The notes under the pieces were generated by a model. It saw nothing but the letters and a program-made list of their open reading frames with translations, was not told the DNA's origin and did no database searches. A DNA stretch of 64,000 nt from an uncultured delta proteobacterium (GTDB lineage: Bacteria; Desulfobacterota; Desulfomonilia; UBA1062), in assembly GCA_963752595.1 (NCBI GenBank), contig CAVVYZ010000015.1, positions 64,001 to 128,000 on the forward strand, in the 5' to 3' direction. Shown piece after piece: positions 9,585 through 20,180 of this stretch. Positions within the stretch are counted from its first letter, which is position 1, and every line of letters starts with the position of its first letter. The translations under genes were made by a program, and so were the position numbers.

Positions 9585-10136
9585 ATGATTGCACCTTACG
9601 AAGGCAAAGTGCCCAAGATCGGAAAGAACGTCTTTATCGCGCCGACTGCATGCGTTATAGGAGACGTTGAAATCGGCGAAGGGACGAGCATCTGGTACGG
9701 AGCCGTAATAAGGGGCGACAGGGCAAAAATCCGCATCGGCAGGAATACGAATATCCAGGATAACGTAACGCTGCATGCCGATGCAGAGAGCCCCCTCGTC
9801 ATCGGGGATTATGTTACGATCGGGCATAATGCCGTAATTCACGGATGCACCATAGGTGATGATTGTCTGGTCGGCATGGGATCGGTGATTCTCGATGATG
9901 CTCATGTACAGAGCGGGTCGGTCATAGCATCGGGATCTGTGGTAAAAGAGGGAGGGGTGATAAGGTCTTTCTGCCTTGCTGCCGGTTCCCCTGCCGAAGT
10001 CAAAAAAGAACTCGGGCCTGAAAGATCAAAGAAGAACAGGCAGGGGGCAAGGACTTATTGCGAACTTGCAAAGGCGCACCGGGAGATACATGCCGCTGAG
10101 ACGGTGTCTCCAAGGAAAGGGGAGGACAAGGGCTGA
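9585..10136 (+). CDS. Gamma carbonic anhydrase-family (YrdA/PaaY-like) hexapeptide-repeat protein
   Basis: Own RBS AGGAGG before ATG 9585; IGDVEIGEGTSIWYGAVIRGD, NIQDN and IGHNAVIHGC Zn-His motifs. Confidence 0.88.
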   Translation: MIAPYEGKVPKIGKNVFIAPTACVIGDVEIGEGTSIWYGAVIRGDRAKIRIGRNTNIQDNVTLHADAESPLVIGDYVTIGHNAVIHGCTIGDDCLVGMGSVILDDAHVQSGSVIASGSVVKEGGVIRSFCLAAGSPAEVKKELGPERSKKNRQGARTYCELAKAHREIHAAETVSPRKGEDKG

Positions 10137-10263
10137 ACCTTAACGCTCAAGGGATCGGTTCTATTGAGAGGGCTCTATCTTTTGTGTGAATAATCCGGAG
10201 AAATATAGTATGGTTAAAAGATACTTTTGCTGCATGAATCTGGAAATACTATAGGAGATTGGT

Positions 10264-11464
10264 ATGCTCACACCTATTCAGCTCGAGAGGTATGCGGAAG
10301 TACTCCTCTGGGGGCTCAAGACAGCCAGGACGGAAAAATTCAAGAAGGGGGACAACGTCCTTATCCGTTACGATCTGGCGGCACTCCCTCTGGCCGAGGT
10401 GCTGTATCCCCGGCTTATGGAAGAAGGCTTCAATCCCATTCAGCGGCTAACGCTGACGGAACACATGGAAAAGGACTTCTACATGCTCTCGGATCCGAAT
10501 CAGCTCGTATTCAAGGCACCGGGAGACCAGGAGCTCTTTTCCGCACTGAACGGAAGCATATCCTTAAGGGCGCCGAGCTCTATCACGCACTTGAGCTCCA
10601 TTGACCCGAGCAAGATAGGCAAGGTGGCTGTAGCAAAAAAATATCTGAGCGATATCCTTGATGTCAGAGAGGCAAAGGGCCTGTTCGGATGGACCCTGTG
10701 CATGTATCCCACCGAGGAACTGGCGCGTCACGCCTCCATGAGATCCGGAAGAATATACGGACCAGATCGTGAAGGCCTGTTTCCTCGGCCGCAAGGACCC
10801 GGTAACCCTCTGGAAAGACATTTACAAAGATGCCCAGGCCATCAAGAAATGGCTCAATGCCATGAAGGTGAAGTTCTATCACGTCGAATCAGAGAATATC
10901 GATCTTGAGATCTTCCCGGGTGAATTCAGGAAGTGGATCGGGATATCCGGGCACAATATCCCGAGCTTCGAGCTCTTCCTCTCGCCGGACTGGCGGGGCA
11001 CGAGCGGGATCTACTACGCAGACCAGCCCTCGTACCGCAGCGGCAACTATACCTGCGGCATCCGGCTTGAATTCAGTAGCGGATCTGCAGTCAACGTCGA
11101 TGCCGAAGAAGGGAGGGATTTCGTCCAGAAGCAGCTTTCCATGGATGAAGGAGCAAACAAGATCGGTGAATTCTCACTCACGGACAAGAGATTCTCGAAG
11201 ATCGACAAGTTCATGGCCAACACCCTCTTTGACGAGAATTTCGGCGGCAAGAACGGAAACTGCCATATCGCCGTGGGGGCCTCCTATTCCGACACCTTTG
11301 ACGGGAATGCCGCAGAGCTCACCAAGGAAAAGAAGGCCAAGCTGGGCTTCAATGACTCAGCGCTGCACTGGGATCTCGTCAATACCCAGGACAAGAGGGT
11401 GGTTGCATACCTGGAAACAGGAGAGAAGAAGACCATCTACGAGAAGGGTATGTTCACCTACTAA
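10264..11464 (+). CDS. M29 (thermophilic metalloprotease/aminopeptidase II-like) aminopeptidase, frameshift at about 10745
   Basis: LERYAEVLLWG N-terminus; NIPSFE, IGEFS, LFDEN, CHIAVG and SALHWD motifs spread over two overlapping ORFs. Confidence 0.85.
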
Positions 11465-11576
11465 AGGTGCAAAGGCTTCCGGCACGGTAAGCCGTATTTG
11501 CTCCGATCTGTCAGCAGCAAAAGAAGAGCAGTGCTTCATGAATCAAGCACTGCTCTTTTCATCTGATTATTATCCT

Positions 11577-12416
11577 CTACTTAAGGCCTACAAAGCCTTC
11601 TTCCTCGACGAGTTTCTGGCCTTCCTTGCTCTTGATGAAATCGATGAATTTTTTCACATTCCCCGCAGGTAAACCATTTGTATACATGAACAGCGGCCTT
11701 GAGAGGGCGTATTTTTTATTGAGAACGTTCTGCTTTGTACATTTCACCCCGTCGACATCAACAGCCTTTACCCTAGGGGTTATATATCCAAGGCCGACAT
11801 ACGCGATAGCCCCCGGAGTCTGGGCAACGGTTTGAGCCCCTGCCTGGTTTGAGGCTGTTGTAAGGGCATCGCGACGCACCTTCTCTTTATTCAGCACAAG
11901 CTCCTCAAAGCTCTCGAACGTGCCGCTCGAGCTGTCACGGGAGACCACAACGATCCTGGCGTTCTTCCCCCCGAGTTCTGACCAGTTGGAAATCTTACCG
12001 GTATAGACTGCTTTTATCTGTTCTCTGGTTAGATTTTTTACCGGGTTCGATGGATGGACGATGACGGCAATCCCGTCCATGGCTATTATGTTTTCATAGG
12101 GATTTACTCCTGATCCCTTTGCCTTTGTCTTCTCCTCATTCTTGATATTCCGGGAGGAATCAGCAATGTCTGTGGTTTTGTCGAGGAGTGAAGCTATTCC
12201 TACTCCGGATCCCCCTCCCTGGACTGAGATATTGATCCCGGGATTCTTATCCATGAATTCTTCTGCCGCAGCCTGTGCTATCGGCAACACGGTCGTTGAT
12301 CCTTTTATGGTGAGGCTGTTGCCTGCCGCGTATGCAGATGTGCTCAATGCAATGGAAAAAAGCACAGCTGTCGCGGTGATAAAAATTGATTTTGAAAACA
12401 TGCAGTATCTCTTCAT
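11577..12416 (-). CDS. pstS: Phosphate ABC transporter substrate-binding protein
   Basis: Signal peptide; GSTTV, GGGSGVG, DIADSSR, RDSSSGT and SRPLFMYT motifs. Confidence 0.95.
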   Translation of the reverse strand: MKRYCMFSKSIFITATAVLFSIALSTSAYAAGNSLTIKGSTTVLPIAQAAAEEFMDKNPGINISVQGGGSGVGIASLLDKTTDIADSSRNIKNEEKTKAKGSGVNPYENIIAMDGIAVIVHPSNPVKNLTREQIKAVYTGKISNWSELGGKNARIVVVSRDSSSGTFESFEELVLNKEKVRRDALTTASNQAGAQTVAQTPGAIAYVGLGYITPRVKAVDVDGVKCTKQNVLNKKYALSRPLFMYTNGLPAGNVKKFIDFIKSKEGQKLVEEEGFVGLK

Positions 12417-12460
12417 CGAATTTCTCCTATATTTTATTGGCCTTATTCTTTCATTGAACA

Positions 12461-12499
12461 GTTAAGGGGATATAAGCATTGAGTTAATTCTCCGTTAAG
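12461..12499 (-). promoter_or_regulatory. Pho-box-like direct repeats upstream of pstS
   Basis: Minus-strand TTAAC units at 12461, 12483 and 12494 (11-bp phase; the unit at 12472 is degenerate). Confidence 0.6.
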
Positions 12500-12790
12500 A
12501 AAAAAGAACCGCTGCCTTATAGAGAATATCATTTCAGAGAGCTCCGAAAACAAGCCTACTGTGTACCATTGGGTCGAGCATATGAGGGATCTCGACTCTT
12601 TGCAACCACTTGAAGCATTCTCGAGGATGATGCAGGACACCTTGATATAATGAAATACTTTAATATTAATTCTTCTAGTTGGGGAACGTATAAAATGTAT
12701 TGTTTGCCAGGAAGTAACACTTTTCTTATACGAACCTGATACTCCGCATAAATTCAGTCTTGTCGTCATAATCATTATGAGGAGGATTTC

Positions 12791-13979
12791 ATGAAGAAGC
12801 CGTTCATATTGTTTTCTGCAGTTGCTTTCGTTCTCACCCTTTGGACACCGGTTGGGGCAGCTGAGAAGACAATGGAAGAACGCATCAAAGTATTAGAAGA
12901 TATCTTCGGAGGATGGACGATTTATGGGAGCATCCGTTTCGCAACGTTTTATGAAAAATCGGACAATGACTTCGTTACGGATACGGACGGGGTAACCAGG
13001 ATAAATACCGCACCGGTACTCACAGGTCCTGATCAGAAAGTAACGCAGTGGGCCCTGGCAAACAACTCCCGTCTGGGTGTGTCAGTGGACAGGAAAGACA
13101 ATTTCGGAGGGCGCGTCGAGCTTGCATTGAAAAATGATGCATCGGTCGGAGTACGTCTGGCGTATGGAACCTATACATTTGAAAATGCCACTTTCCTCTT
13201 CGGGCAGGACTACACGCCGCTTTCGGAATGGGATTACAGCAACCAGGTCTTCTTTAGTGATAACAACCTGGCAGGCTGGGGGATTATCGATGTGAACGGC
13301 AAACGGATACCCCAGGTAAAGGTCAAGTGGTACGGGCTCCAGGTTGCACTTGTGCAAAACAAGGATGCAAGCACCCTCAACCTGCCTGCAGATGCAAACG
13401 CGACAACTGAAAATCTTCTGCCCAACGTGGAAGCAAAATACCGACTGAACCTGGATACATTTTTCGCTGATGTATTCGGGGGTGCCGGTTCATATAAAGT
13501 CAAATCCGCGGTCCTTGGAATCGATAGGTCAATAACCAGCTATGCTGTCGGTGCCGGAGGCGGCATGAAAGTCGATCCGGCGTATGCAAAGGCAATGGTA
13601 TGGATAGCCCGGAACGGCAAGCAGATGAGCCTGGACCAGGCGGATGCTGCAGGTGCGACATTCGATCTCGATGCCTTCTCGCTCATCGATGACGATGATT
13701 GGGGCTGGGCCTTCATAACCGGCATAAAGATCGGTAAGATAGCCGTTGAAGCCGGGTACGGGTTCGTCACATCTGAAAAGGATATCGGCGGAGCCGACGA
13801 AGGATGAAGCCCGGAACTATTATATCCAGACGGTGATCCCGGTTGTCCAGAATGTACTGAAGACCGCATTGTTCACTGTAGTTCCGGAGGTTGGTGTGTA
13901 TGATTATATGGATGATGCAAACGGCAATGACCAAGGGAAGGTGACATACGCCGGAGCAAAGTGGCAGATCAGCTTTTGA
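12791..13979 (+). CDS. Outer-membrane porin-like beta-barrel protein (frameshift at about 13800)
   Basis: Signal peptide, short coiled coil, SRLGV and RLAYGTY, amphipathic strands, C-terminal YAGAKWQISF signature in the second ORF. Confidence 0.75.
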
Positions 13980-13993
13980 TGCATCGGATCGTA

Positions 13994-14026
13994 CAAAAGG
14001 GCCGGTGCCTGCTCCCGACTCTTTTG
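13994..14026 (+). terminator. Terminator-like hairpin after the porin gene
   Basis: CAAAAGGGCCGG...CCGACTCTTTTG imperfect inverted repeat ending in a T-run. Confidence 0.5.
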
Positions 14027-14191
14027 GCAAAGTAGTGAATGGTGCCTCCAGCACTCGATCTGTCGACTTATGCTCGCTTGAAATGATAAGTGCTCTTTTT
14101 CGTGAAAAACCCAATAAAAATATACTTTGACTCTTGGCCGGTAATTATCTATATCTCTAGGTCTCTCATATGAAAGGAGCTTTTCTCTTCG

Positions 14192-14638
14192 GTGCAGAAG
14201 GCAAAAAAAGGCGATACCGTAAAAGTCAATTATACCGGCAGATCTGAAGACGGAACCGTGTTCGAGTCATCCATAGGGCTCGTTCCTCTTGTTTTCACGA
14301 TCGGTTCCGATGAGGTGGTCGAGGGGTTTGAAGAAGCTGTCCTCGGGATGCGCACCGGCGAGAAAAAGATCGTGACGGTTCAGCCGGAAGAAGGCTTCGG
14401 CCTGTACGATGAAAGTCTCGTATTCGAGGTCGGCACGGAAGAGCTCCCGGAAGGGGTTGCCCCCCATGTGGGGATGGAATTCGATATGGTGGATGATGAA
14501 GGCCAGGAGGTCTCTGCCACGGTAATCGAAGTCAAAAAGAACACCGTGCTTATCGATGCGAACGCGCCCCTTGCCGGAAAAGCCGTTGTCTACGAGATCG
14601 AACTCCTCGAGATAGTTCAGCAGAAAAGCACTTCATAA
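14192..14638 (+). CDS. FKBP-type peptidyl-prolyl isomerase (SlyD/FkpB-like)
   Basis: GDTVKVNYTG, GFEEAVLGM, PEEGFG and IDANAPLAGK motifs. Confidence 0.9.
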   Translation: MQKAKKGDTVKVNYTGRSEDGTVFESSIGLVPLVFTIGSDEVVEGFEEAVLGMRTGEKKIVTVQPEEGFGLYDESLVFEVGTEELPEGVAPHVGMEFDMVDDEGQEVSATVIEVKKNTVLIDANAPLAGKAVVYEIELLEIVQQKSTS

Positions 14639-14659
14639 CAAGGTGCGTGGAACAACAGC

Positions 14660-15343
14660 CTACGACCAAAGGGGCGTAGTACAGTCCAGTGCATCGTAGG
14701 AAGGGTTGTTGACCAGGCGGGATACTTCAAAGGCCTCCATCTCTTCCGAAGGATAGGAAAGAATGCACTCCTTGAGTACGTCATCCCGGTACTCTTCAGG
14801 GTCGAGCCAGGTATGATAGTCCTGCTGTTTAAGTATTGCCGGCATCCGGTTGTGGATCTCTGATATCAGATCATTGGGAGTCGTCGTGATAATGGTACTG
14901 GAAGTGACTTTTCCGCCGGTGCCGGGATCTGTCCACTGATCCCAGAGGCCCGCCATTCCAAAGGGAGCGGTGCTCTTCAGGCGGACGAGAAAGGGCGTCT
15001 TGCCCCTGCCTGCCGATCTCCACTCATAGAATCCGTCGGACACAATGATGCACCGCTTCTTCCGGAAAGGAGTCCTGAAAGAACTCTTCTCCGCAAGTGT
15101 TTCAGCCCGGGCATTGATCATCTTTACCCCCATAGCAGGATCCTTTGCCCAGAAAGGGATCAGACCCCACCGGGTATAGGCAAGCTCAGGCACAGGGAGA
15201 TTGAGCACGGTAAGAATATTTTGGGTTGGAGCTATGTTGTACCGGGGCACAAAGCCGGACCGCACCTCACTGCTTATTTCGAGGTCCGAAATCATGACCT
15301 TGATTTTCTCAGGATTCGATACCTGGATGAAACGTCCGCACAT
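14660..15343 (-). CDS. SOS response-associated peptidase (SRAP, YedK/HMCES abasic-site protector)
   Basis: N-terminal MCGRF; RYNIAPTQ, WGLIP, INARAET, GFYEW and HNRMP motifs. Confidence 0.95.
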   Translation of the reverse strand: MCGRFIQVSNPEKIKVMISDLEISSEVRSGFVPRYNIAPTQNILTVLNLPVPELAYTRWGLIPFWAKDPAMGVKMINARAETLAEKSSFRTPFRKKRCIIVSDGFYEWRSAGRGKTPFLVRLKSTAPFGMAGLWDQWTDPGTGGKVTSSTIITTTPNDLISEIHNRMPAILKQQDYHTWLDPEEYRDDVLKECILSYPSEEMEAFEVSRLVNNPSYDALDCTTPLWS

Positions 15344-15492
15344 ATGGTCCCGTACGTCCTCTTTCCTTGGTTACTCTGCATATGCTCCGATACAAGAATA
15401 AGTGGATGATGCGGGAAGATCAACCATAATTAAGTTTATAATACCTGAAAAATCCGCTAAAAACATACCGTGCTGCATGAGATAAAAGGAGG

Positions 15493-16161
15493 GTGATTAT
15501 GTATAGATATCTGTATCTGATTCTTTTGTGTCTTTTCCTCCAGGCCCCGGGTGCATCCGCAGGCCCTCTTGAGGAGGGGTGGAAGATTGCGAAACAGTCA
15601 GAAGGGATCTCCGTATATACCAGGCCGGTCCCGGGGTCCGAGTTCAAAGAGTTTATGGGCGTTACGGATGCGGATGCGCCTATGGAAGTGTTACTGGCAT
15701 TATTCAGGGATACCCCCTCTTTCCCCCAGTGGTTCGGCTTCTGTCGGGATATCCGGCTCTTGAAGGATGTCTCCGATGTGCACAAGATCGTGTACTTTAT
15801 CCTTGCAACGCCATGGCCGGTAAAAGACAGGGATATAGTCATCGATGTGAAATTCGATGTCCGCAAGGGTGAGGGGAAGGCGATTATCACCATGAATGCG
15901 CTCAAAGATGAACTCGTTCCCGTACAGAGCAAATACGTCAGGATGACGCACCTGAACGGTAAATGCACCCTCACCAGGATTGATGACAATACCACCCACG
16001 TCGTTTACATGGTGAATTCCGACCCCGGCGGGAATATCCCTGTGAGCGTGAACAACATGCTCGCCAAGGATCAGCCTTTCAAAACGCTCAAGGGCATGAA
16101 GGAGATGGGAAAAAAGGATGTGTACTATGAGAAGGCAGGGCTGAAAAAGAAAGAGCGATAA
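15493..16161 (+). CDS. Secreted START-domain lipid-binding protein
   Basis: Signal peptide; W..GISVYTR, PWPVKDRD and DPGGNIP START motifs. Confidence 0.85.
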   Translation: MIMYRYLYLILLCLFLQAPGASAGPLEEGWKIAKQSEGISVYTRPVPGSEFKEFMGVTDADAPMEVLLALFRDTPSFPQWFGFCRDIRLLKDVSDVHKIVYFILATPWPVKDRDIVIDVKFDVRKGEGKAIITMNALKDELVPVQSKYVRMTHLNGKCTLTRIDDNTTHVVYMVNSDPGGNIPVSVNNMLAKDQPFKTLKGMKEMGKKDVYYEKAGLKKKER

Positions 16162-16183
16162 GAATTTTCTAAGGGAGAATACG

Positions 16184-16753
16184 GTGGCGGATATCGGAGA
16201 TGTAGGGACATGCAGCTATTACCCCCGGAGTGTGCTCAAATTCTGTCCGAGATGCTCATCGGACAAGTTCATTTTCCAAGACCGGAAATGCTTTCTCTGC
16301 GAGGAATGCGGCTTCCGGTTTTTCATTAATGCTGCGGCTGCCGTCGTTGCGCTGATCGAAGATTCTCAAGGGAGACTGCTGCTCGTGAGAAGGGCCGGAG
16401 AGCCCCGGAAAGGGACCCTCGATCTCCCCGGCGGGTTTGTGGATACTGGCGAGACTGCGGAACAGGCCTTACGCAGGGAAATTCAGGAGGAGCTGAATCT
16501 CCGGATCGATCGTTCCACGTACTTCTGTTCCTTCCCCAACACCTATCTTTACGCAGGCATTGTCTATTTCACCCTTGACCTTGCCTTTGTCTGCACGGTC
16601 AAGGATATCTCCCTGATCAAGGCCGGTGACGATGCTGACGGATACCTCTTCCTTGCACCCGGGGCAATTCGTATCGAAGATATCGGGTTCGACTCCATCA
16701 GGGAGATTACCGCGCGTTTTGTGGCATCACGCGTGAAGGATAGGTATCCTTAA
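16184..16753 (+). CDS. NUDIX hydrolase with N-terminal zinc ribbon
   Basis: FCPRC...CEEC; LPGGFVDTGETAEQALRREIQEEL. Confidence 0.9.
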   Translation: MADIGDVGTCSYYPRSVLKFCPRCSSDKFIFQDRKCFLCEECGFRFFINAAAAVVALIEDSQGRLLLVRRAGEPRKGTLDLPGGFVDTGETAEQALRREIQEELNLRIDRSTYFCSFPNTYLYAGIVYFTLDLAFVCTVKDISLIKAGDDADGYLFLAPGAIRIEDIGFDSIREITARFVASRVKDRYP

Positions 16754-16840
16754 GAATCCGTGGGGGCATCGCAGGGAACAGGCAGCCGGTAAGCCGGCGG
16801 CGTGTACAAAGAAAGCTGACTTCTGGTAGGAAACAATCCC

Positions 16841-17296
16841 ATGGCAAGGAATACCGGCAAATTCTGGAAAAAGATCCCCCTTGAGGGGATGGACCGCTCC
16901 CAATGGGAAAGCCTGTGCGACGGATGCGGCAGGTGCTGCCTGCGGAAGATCCTGTTCGAAGATATCCACGAGCTGGTCTATACAAAAGTTGCATGCAGGC
17001 TCCTCGATTCTCATACCTGCAGGTGCAGATCGTACGATCAAAGGGATGCACTCAATACCGAGTGTCTCGTGCTGTCACCTGAAAATATCCCTGAGCTCCG
17101 TGAAATGCTTCCCGACAGCTGCGCCTACCGTCTGGTCCTGGAAGGCAGAGAGCTTCCCGGGTGGCACCCGCTGATATCGGGAGACCGGCATTCCGTGCAT
17201 GGGGCGGGCGTTTCCATACAAGGGAAGGTGGTGAGCGAGGAAGGCATCTCCCCGGATGATCTGGAAGATTACATCATCGACTGGGTCACGCATTAA
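16841..17296 (+). CDS. ycgN: YcgN/UPF0260 cysteine-cluster protein
   Basis: WESLCDGCGRCC, ACRLLD, LPDSCAYR and WHPLISGD motifs. Confidence 0.9.
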   Translation: MARNTGKFWKKIPLEGMDRSQWESLCDGCGRCCLRKILFEDIHELVYTKVACRLLDSHTCRCRSYDQRDALNTECLVLSPENIPELREMLPDSCAYRLVLEGRELPGWHPLISGDRHSVHGAGVSIQGKVVSEEGISPDDLEDYIIDWVTH

Positions 17297-17380
17297 GAGG
17301 AGAGGCTCTCTCGCCGCCGCAGAGGCTGGTAGCTTTCAGAGGACGATCCCGCTTCGGGAGCGCTTGAAAGGCGGCCGCCG

Positions 17381-18040
17381 CTAGATTGAGTCCTTGTGGT
17401 GCTTGATGACCTTTCCCTTGACCATGTAGATTACGTCTTCGCAGATGTTGGTCGTGAGGTCGGCGACGCGTTCGAGGTTGCCGGCGATCTTCATGAGATG
17501 AAGAGCCCTCTCGATGGTGGTCGGGTCTGATGTCATGAAGGTGATGAGCTCCCGCATGATCTGGTCCCGCAGCCCGTCCACTATGTCGTCCCTTTCACAC
17601 ACGGTCTTGGCCAGGGCTGCATCTTCATTGATGAATGATTTGATCCCGTCGCCGATCATCCCCTTGACCACTTCTCCCATGCGGGGGATATCGATGAGAC
17701 GCTTGACCGGAGGCTGTTCTATGAGGACCAGGCCGCTCTCGCATATGGTGACCGCATGGTCTCCCATCCGCTCCAGATTGCTGTTTATATTGGACATCAT
17801 GAAGATTGTCCTTAAGGATTTGCCGGTAGGCTGATGCTGGGCGATGACGGCGATGCACATCTCATCGAGCTTGATCTCGTAATTATTGGCCATGGGTTCG
17901 TCATTCATGATGACGTCGTTGAGGATTGCGCGGTCGTTTTTTGTCAGGCCCTCGATGCTTTTCCCGATCATACCTTCCACAACGGTCGCATATTGCAGGA
18001 ATTCCTTTTTGATACGGTTGAGCTTGGCTTCTTCCAACAT
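17381..18040 (-). CDS. phoU: Phosphate signalling complex protein PhoU
   Basis: Two PhoU repeats (LERMGDHA, LERVADLTTNICEDV); last gene of the pst operon. Confidence 0.95.
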   Translation of the reverse strand: MLEEAKLNRIKKEFLQYATVVEGMIGKSIEGLTKNDRAILNDVIMNDEPMANNYEIKLDEMCIAVIAQHQPTGKSLRTIFMMSNINSNLERMGDHAVTICESGLVLIEQPPVKRLIDIPRMGEVVKGMIGDGIKSFINEDAALAKTVCERDDIVDGLRDQIMRELITFMTSDPTTIERALHLMKIAGNLERVADLTTNICEDVIYMVKGKVIKHHKDSI

Positions 18041-18048
18041 GGGTCCTC

Positions 18049-18489
18049 CTATGACAGGTGAAGCGGGATCAGGGGTGATTTCGGAAACTCGTCAGGATTC
18101 TTGAATGCGTCTTTTATCCAGCCGTAGATCTCATCGCGAACTCTCCTGAATAGTTTGATGTCTTCGGCCACCGCAGGATCATCGAATTCCCGGTGGACCG
18201 TCTCTTTTGCACCGGCAACATAAGGGCAGGCGGCAAGCGGCCCGCATACGGTCACTGCGAGATAGAATTCCATCCCCTTGAAAGATTCGAGTCCTTTGGA
18301 TTTCTGCATGGAGATATCGATCCCGATTTCTTTCATGGCCGTCACCGCAAGGGGATGAAGCATTGTCGGAAGGGTGCCGGCACTGTAGACCTCGTAGCTT
18401 TTTCCGTAGAGGTGCCTCAATATCCCTTCGGCCATCTGTGACCGTGACGAATTGTGTATGCAGACAAAGATAATCTTCTTTTTCTTCAT
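18049..18489 (-). CDS. arsC: Thioredoxin-type arsenate reductase (LMW-PTP fold)
   Basis: P-loop CIHNSSRSQMAEG; resolving Cys pair TVC...ACP; FDDP. Confidence 0.85.
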   Translation of the reverse strand: MKKKKIIFVCIHNSSRSQMAEGILRHLYGKSYEVYSAGTLPTMLHPLAVTAMKEIGIDISMQKSKGLESFKGMEFYLAVTVCGPLAACPYVAGAKETVHREFDDPAVAEDIKLFRRVRDEIYGWIKDAFKNPDEFPKSPLIPLHLS

Positions 18490-19254
18490 TATCCGAACTT
18501 CCCTGACAGGTATTCTTCCGTCATCTTTTCTTTCGGGACCGTGAAGATCTTCTCGGTCTCGTCGTACTCGATGAGCTCACCCAGGTACATGAAGGCGGTG
18601 TAGTCCGATACGCGTGCCGCCTGCTGCATGTTATGGGTCACGATGACGATGGTGTACTCTTTCTTGAGCTCCAGGATGAGCTCCTCGATCTTCCGGGTGG
18701 AGATGGGATCAAGGCTTGCGCAGGGCTCGTCGAAGAGGATCACCTCGGGCTCGACCACCAGGCAGCGGGCAATGCAGAGCCTCTGCTGCTGTCCGCCGGA
18801 GAGCATGAGGGCGCTTTCATGAAGGCGGTCCTTCACCTCATCGTACAGGGCGGCTTTCTTCAGCGAGTCGATGACCTTGTGCTCGATGAACTGCTTGTCT
18901 CTGATCCCGTTGATGATGCAGGCCGTAGGCGAGTTGTCGAAGATGCTCTTGGGAAAGGGATTGGGCTTCTGGAATACCATGCCCACCCGGCGCCTCAAGC
19001 TCACGACGTCGGTCTTGGGGTCGTTGATGTCCGTGCCGTCCAGGAGGATCTGCCTTCGACCCGTGCACCCGGGATGAGATCGTTCATCCGGTTGAGGAGC
19101 CTGATGAAGGTGGACTTGCCGCAGCCTGAAGGCCCGATGAGCGCGGTCACCTGATTTTCATAGATATCGATGGTGATATTCTTCAGTGCCTGGTTCTTCC
19201 CGTAGATAGAAATTGACGTTTTCGGGCGCTGTATTTTCACGTCAGAGCTGCATA
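18489..19254 (-). CDS. pstB: Phosphate ABC transporter ATP-binding protein (several frameshifts)
   Basis: [42 protein letters not shown] and VTHNMQQA across fragment ORFs; start approximate. Confidence 0.9.
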
Positions 19255-20180
19255 GGTCTCCTTTGTCTCTGTCTGCAGGATGATCGCACAGGCCGCAGAT
19301 CGCCAGCACCAGGCACAACAGGATCAGTGCGCACCCGTAGGCGATTCGCGGTCTGTACCTCCGGATGGGTGCCTTCGGTCATGAGTGCATAGATGTGATA
19401 GGGAAGGGCCATGACCTCGGAGAAGATCGAATCCGGGTAGCCCCGCGTGTAGAAGGTTGCGGCGGTGAAGAGGATCGGGGCGGTTTCCCCGGCCACCCTT
19501 CCTATATTCAGGATCACCCCGGTGAGGATCCCGGCAAATGCCGTGGGGAGGACGATCTTCTTGATGGTCTGCCAGTGGGTGGCGCCCAGCGCAAGCGATG
19601 CCTCCCGGTAGGACTGCGGAACCGCCAGGATCGCTTCCTGGGAGGCGGAGATGATGCCGGGCAGGGCCATGATGCCCAGCGTGAGGCTGCCCGAGAGGAT
19701 GGAAACGCCGAAACCGAAGATCTTCACGAACACGGCGAAACCGAACAGGCCGAACACGATGGACGGAACGCCTGCAAGGTTGTTGATGCTCAGGCGGATG
19801 ATATTCACCATGACGGTTCTGGGCTGTACTCGCAGAGATAGATGGCGCATGCAAGCCCCAGCGGGAGGGCGAAGGCATCGCACCGAGGGTAAGGTAGAAG
19901 GTGCCCACGATGGCGGGAGCCACCCCGCCCTTTCGTCATGGCCCTCCGGGCACGTCGGTGATGAACTCCCATGAGATGACGGGCATCCCCCGTGAAGTGA
20001 TGAAGTAGAGTGATCGTGCCGAGGAAGAAGAGCGCGAACAGGATGCACAGCGGCCAGGAGCAGAAAGCCGAGGAACTGGGTGACATCCTTGCCCCGGAAG
20101 GTCTTCTTCCCGGTTCAGGGTCGATCCATTCGCGATTGAGGCCTTCCGGCACTGTCCGTGACATGGCCTTCATTCTCATC
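19250..20180 (-). CDS. pstA: Phosphate ABC transporter permease PstA (several frameshifts)
   Basis: [23 protein letters not shown] loop [15 protein letters not shown] and RVAGETAP; boundaries approximate. Confidence 0.85.

Noticed and set aside
14660-15490. SRAP gene as part of an SOS mutagenesis cassette
   Set aside because: No adjacent umuDC, imuABC or lexA, and no recognisable LexA box upstream
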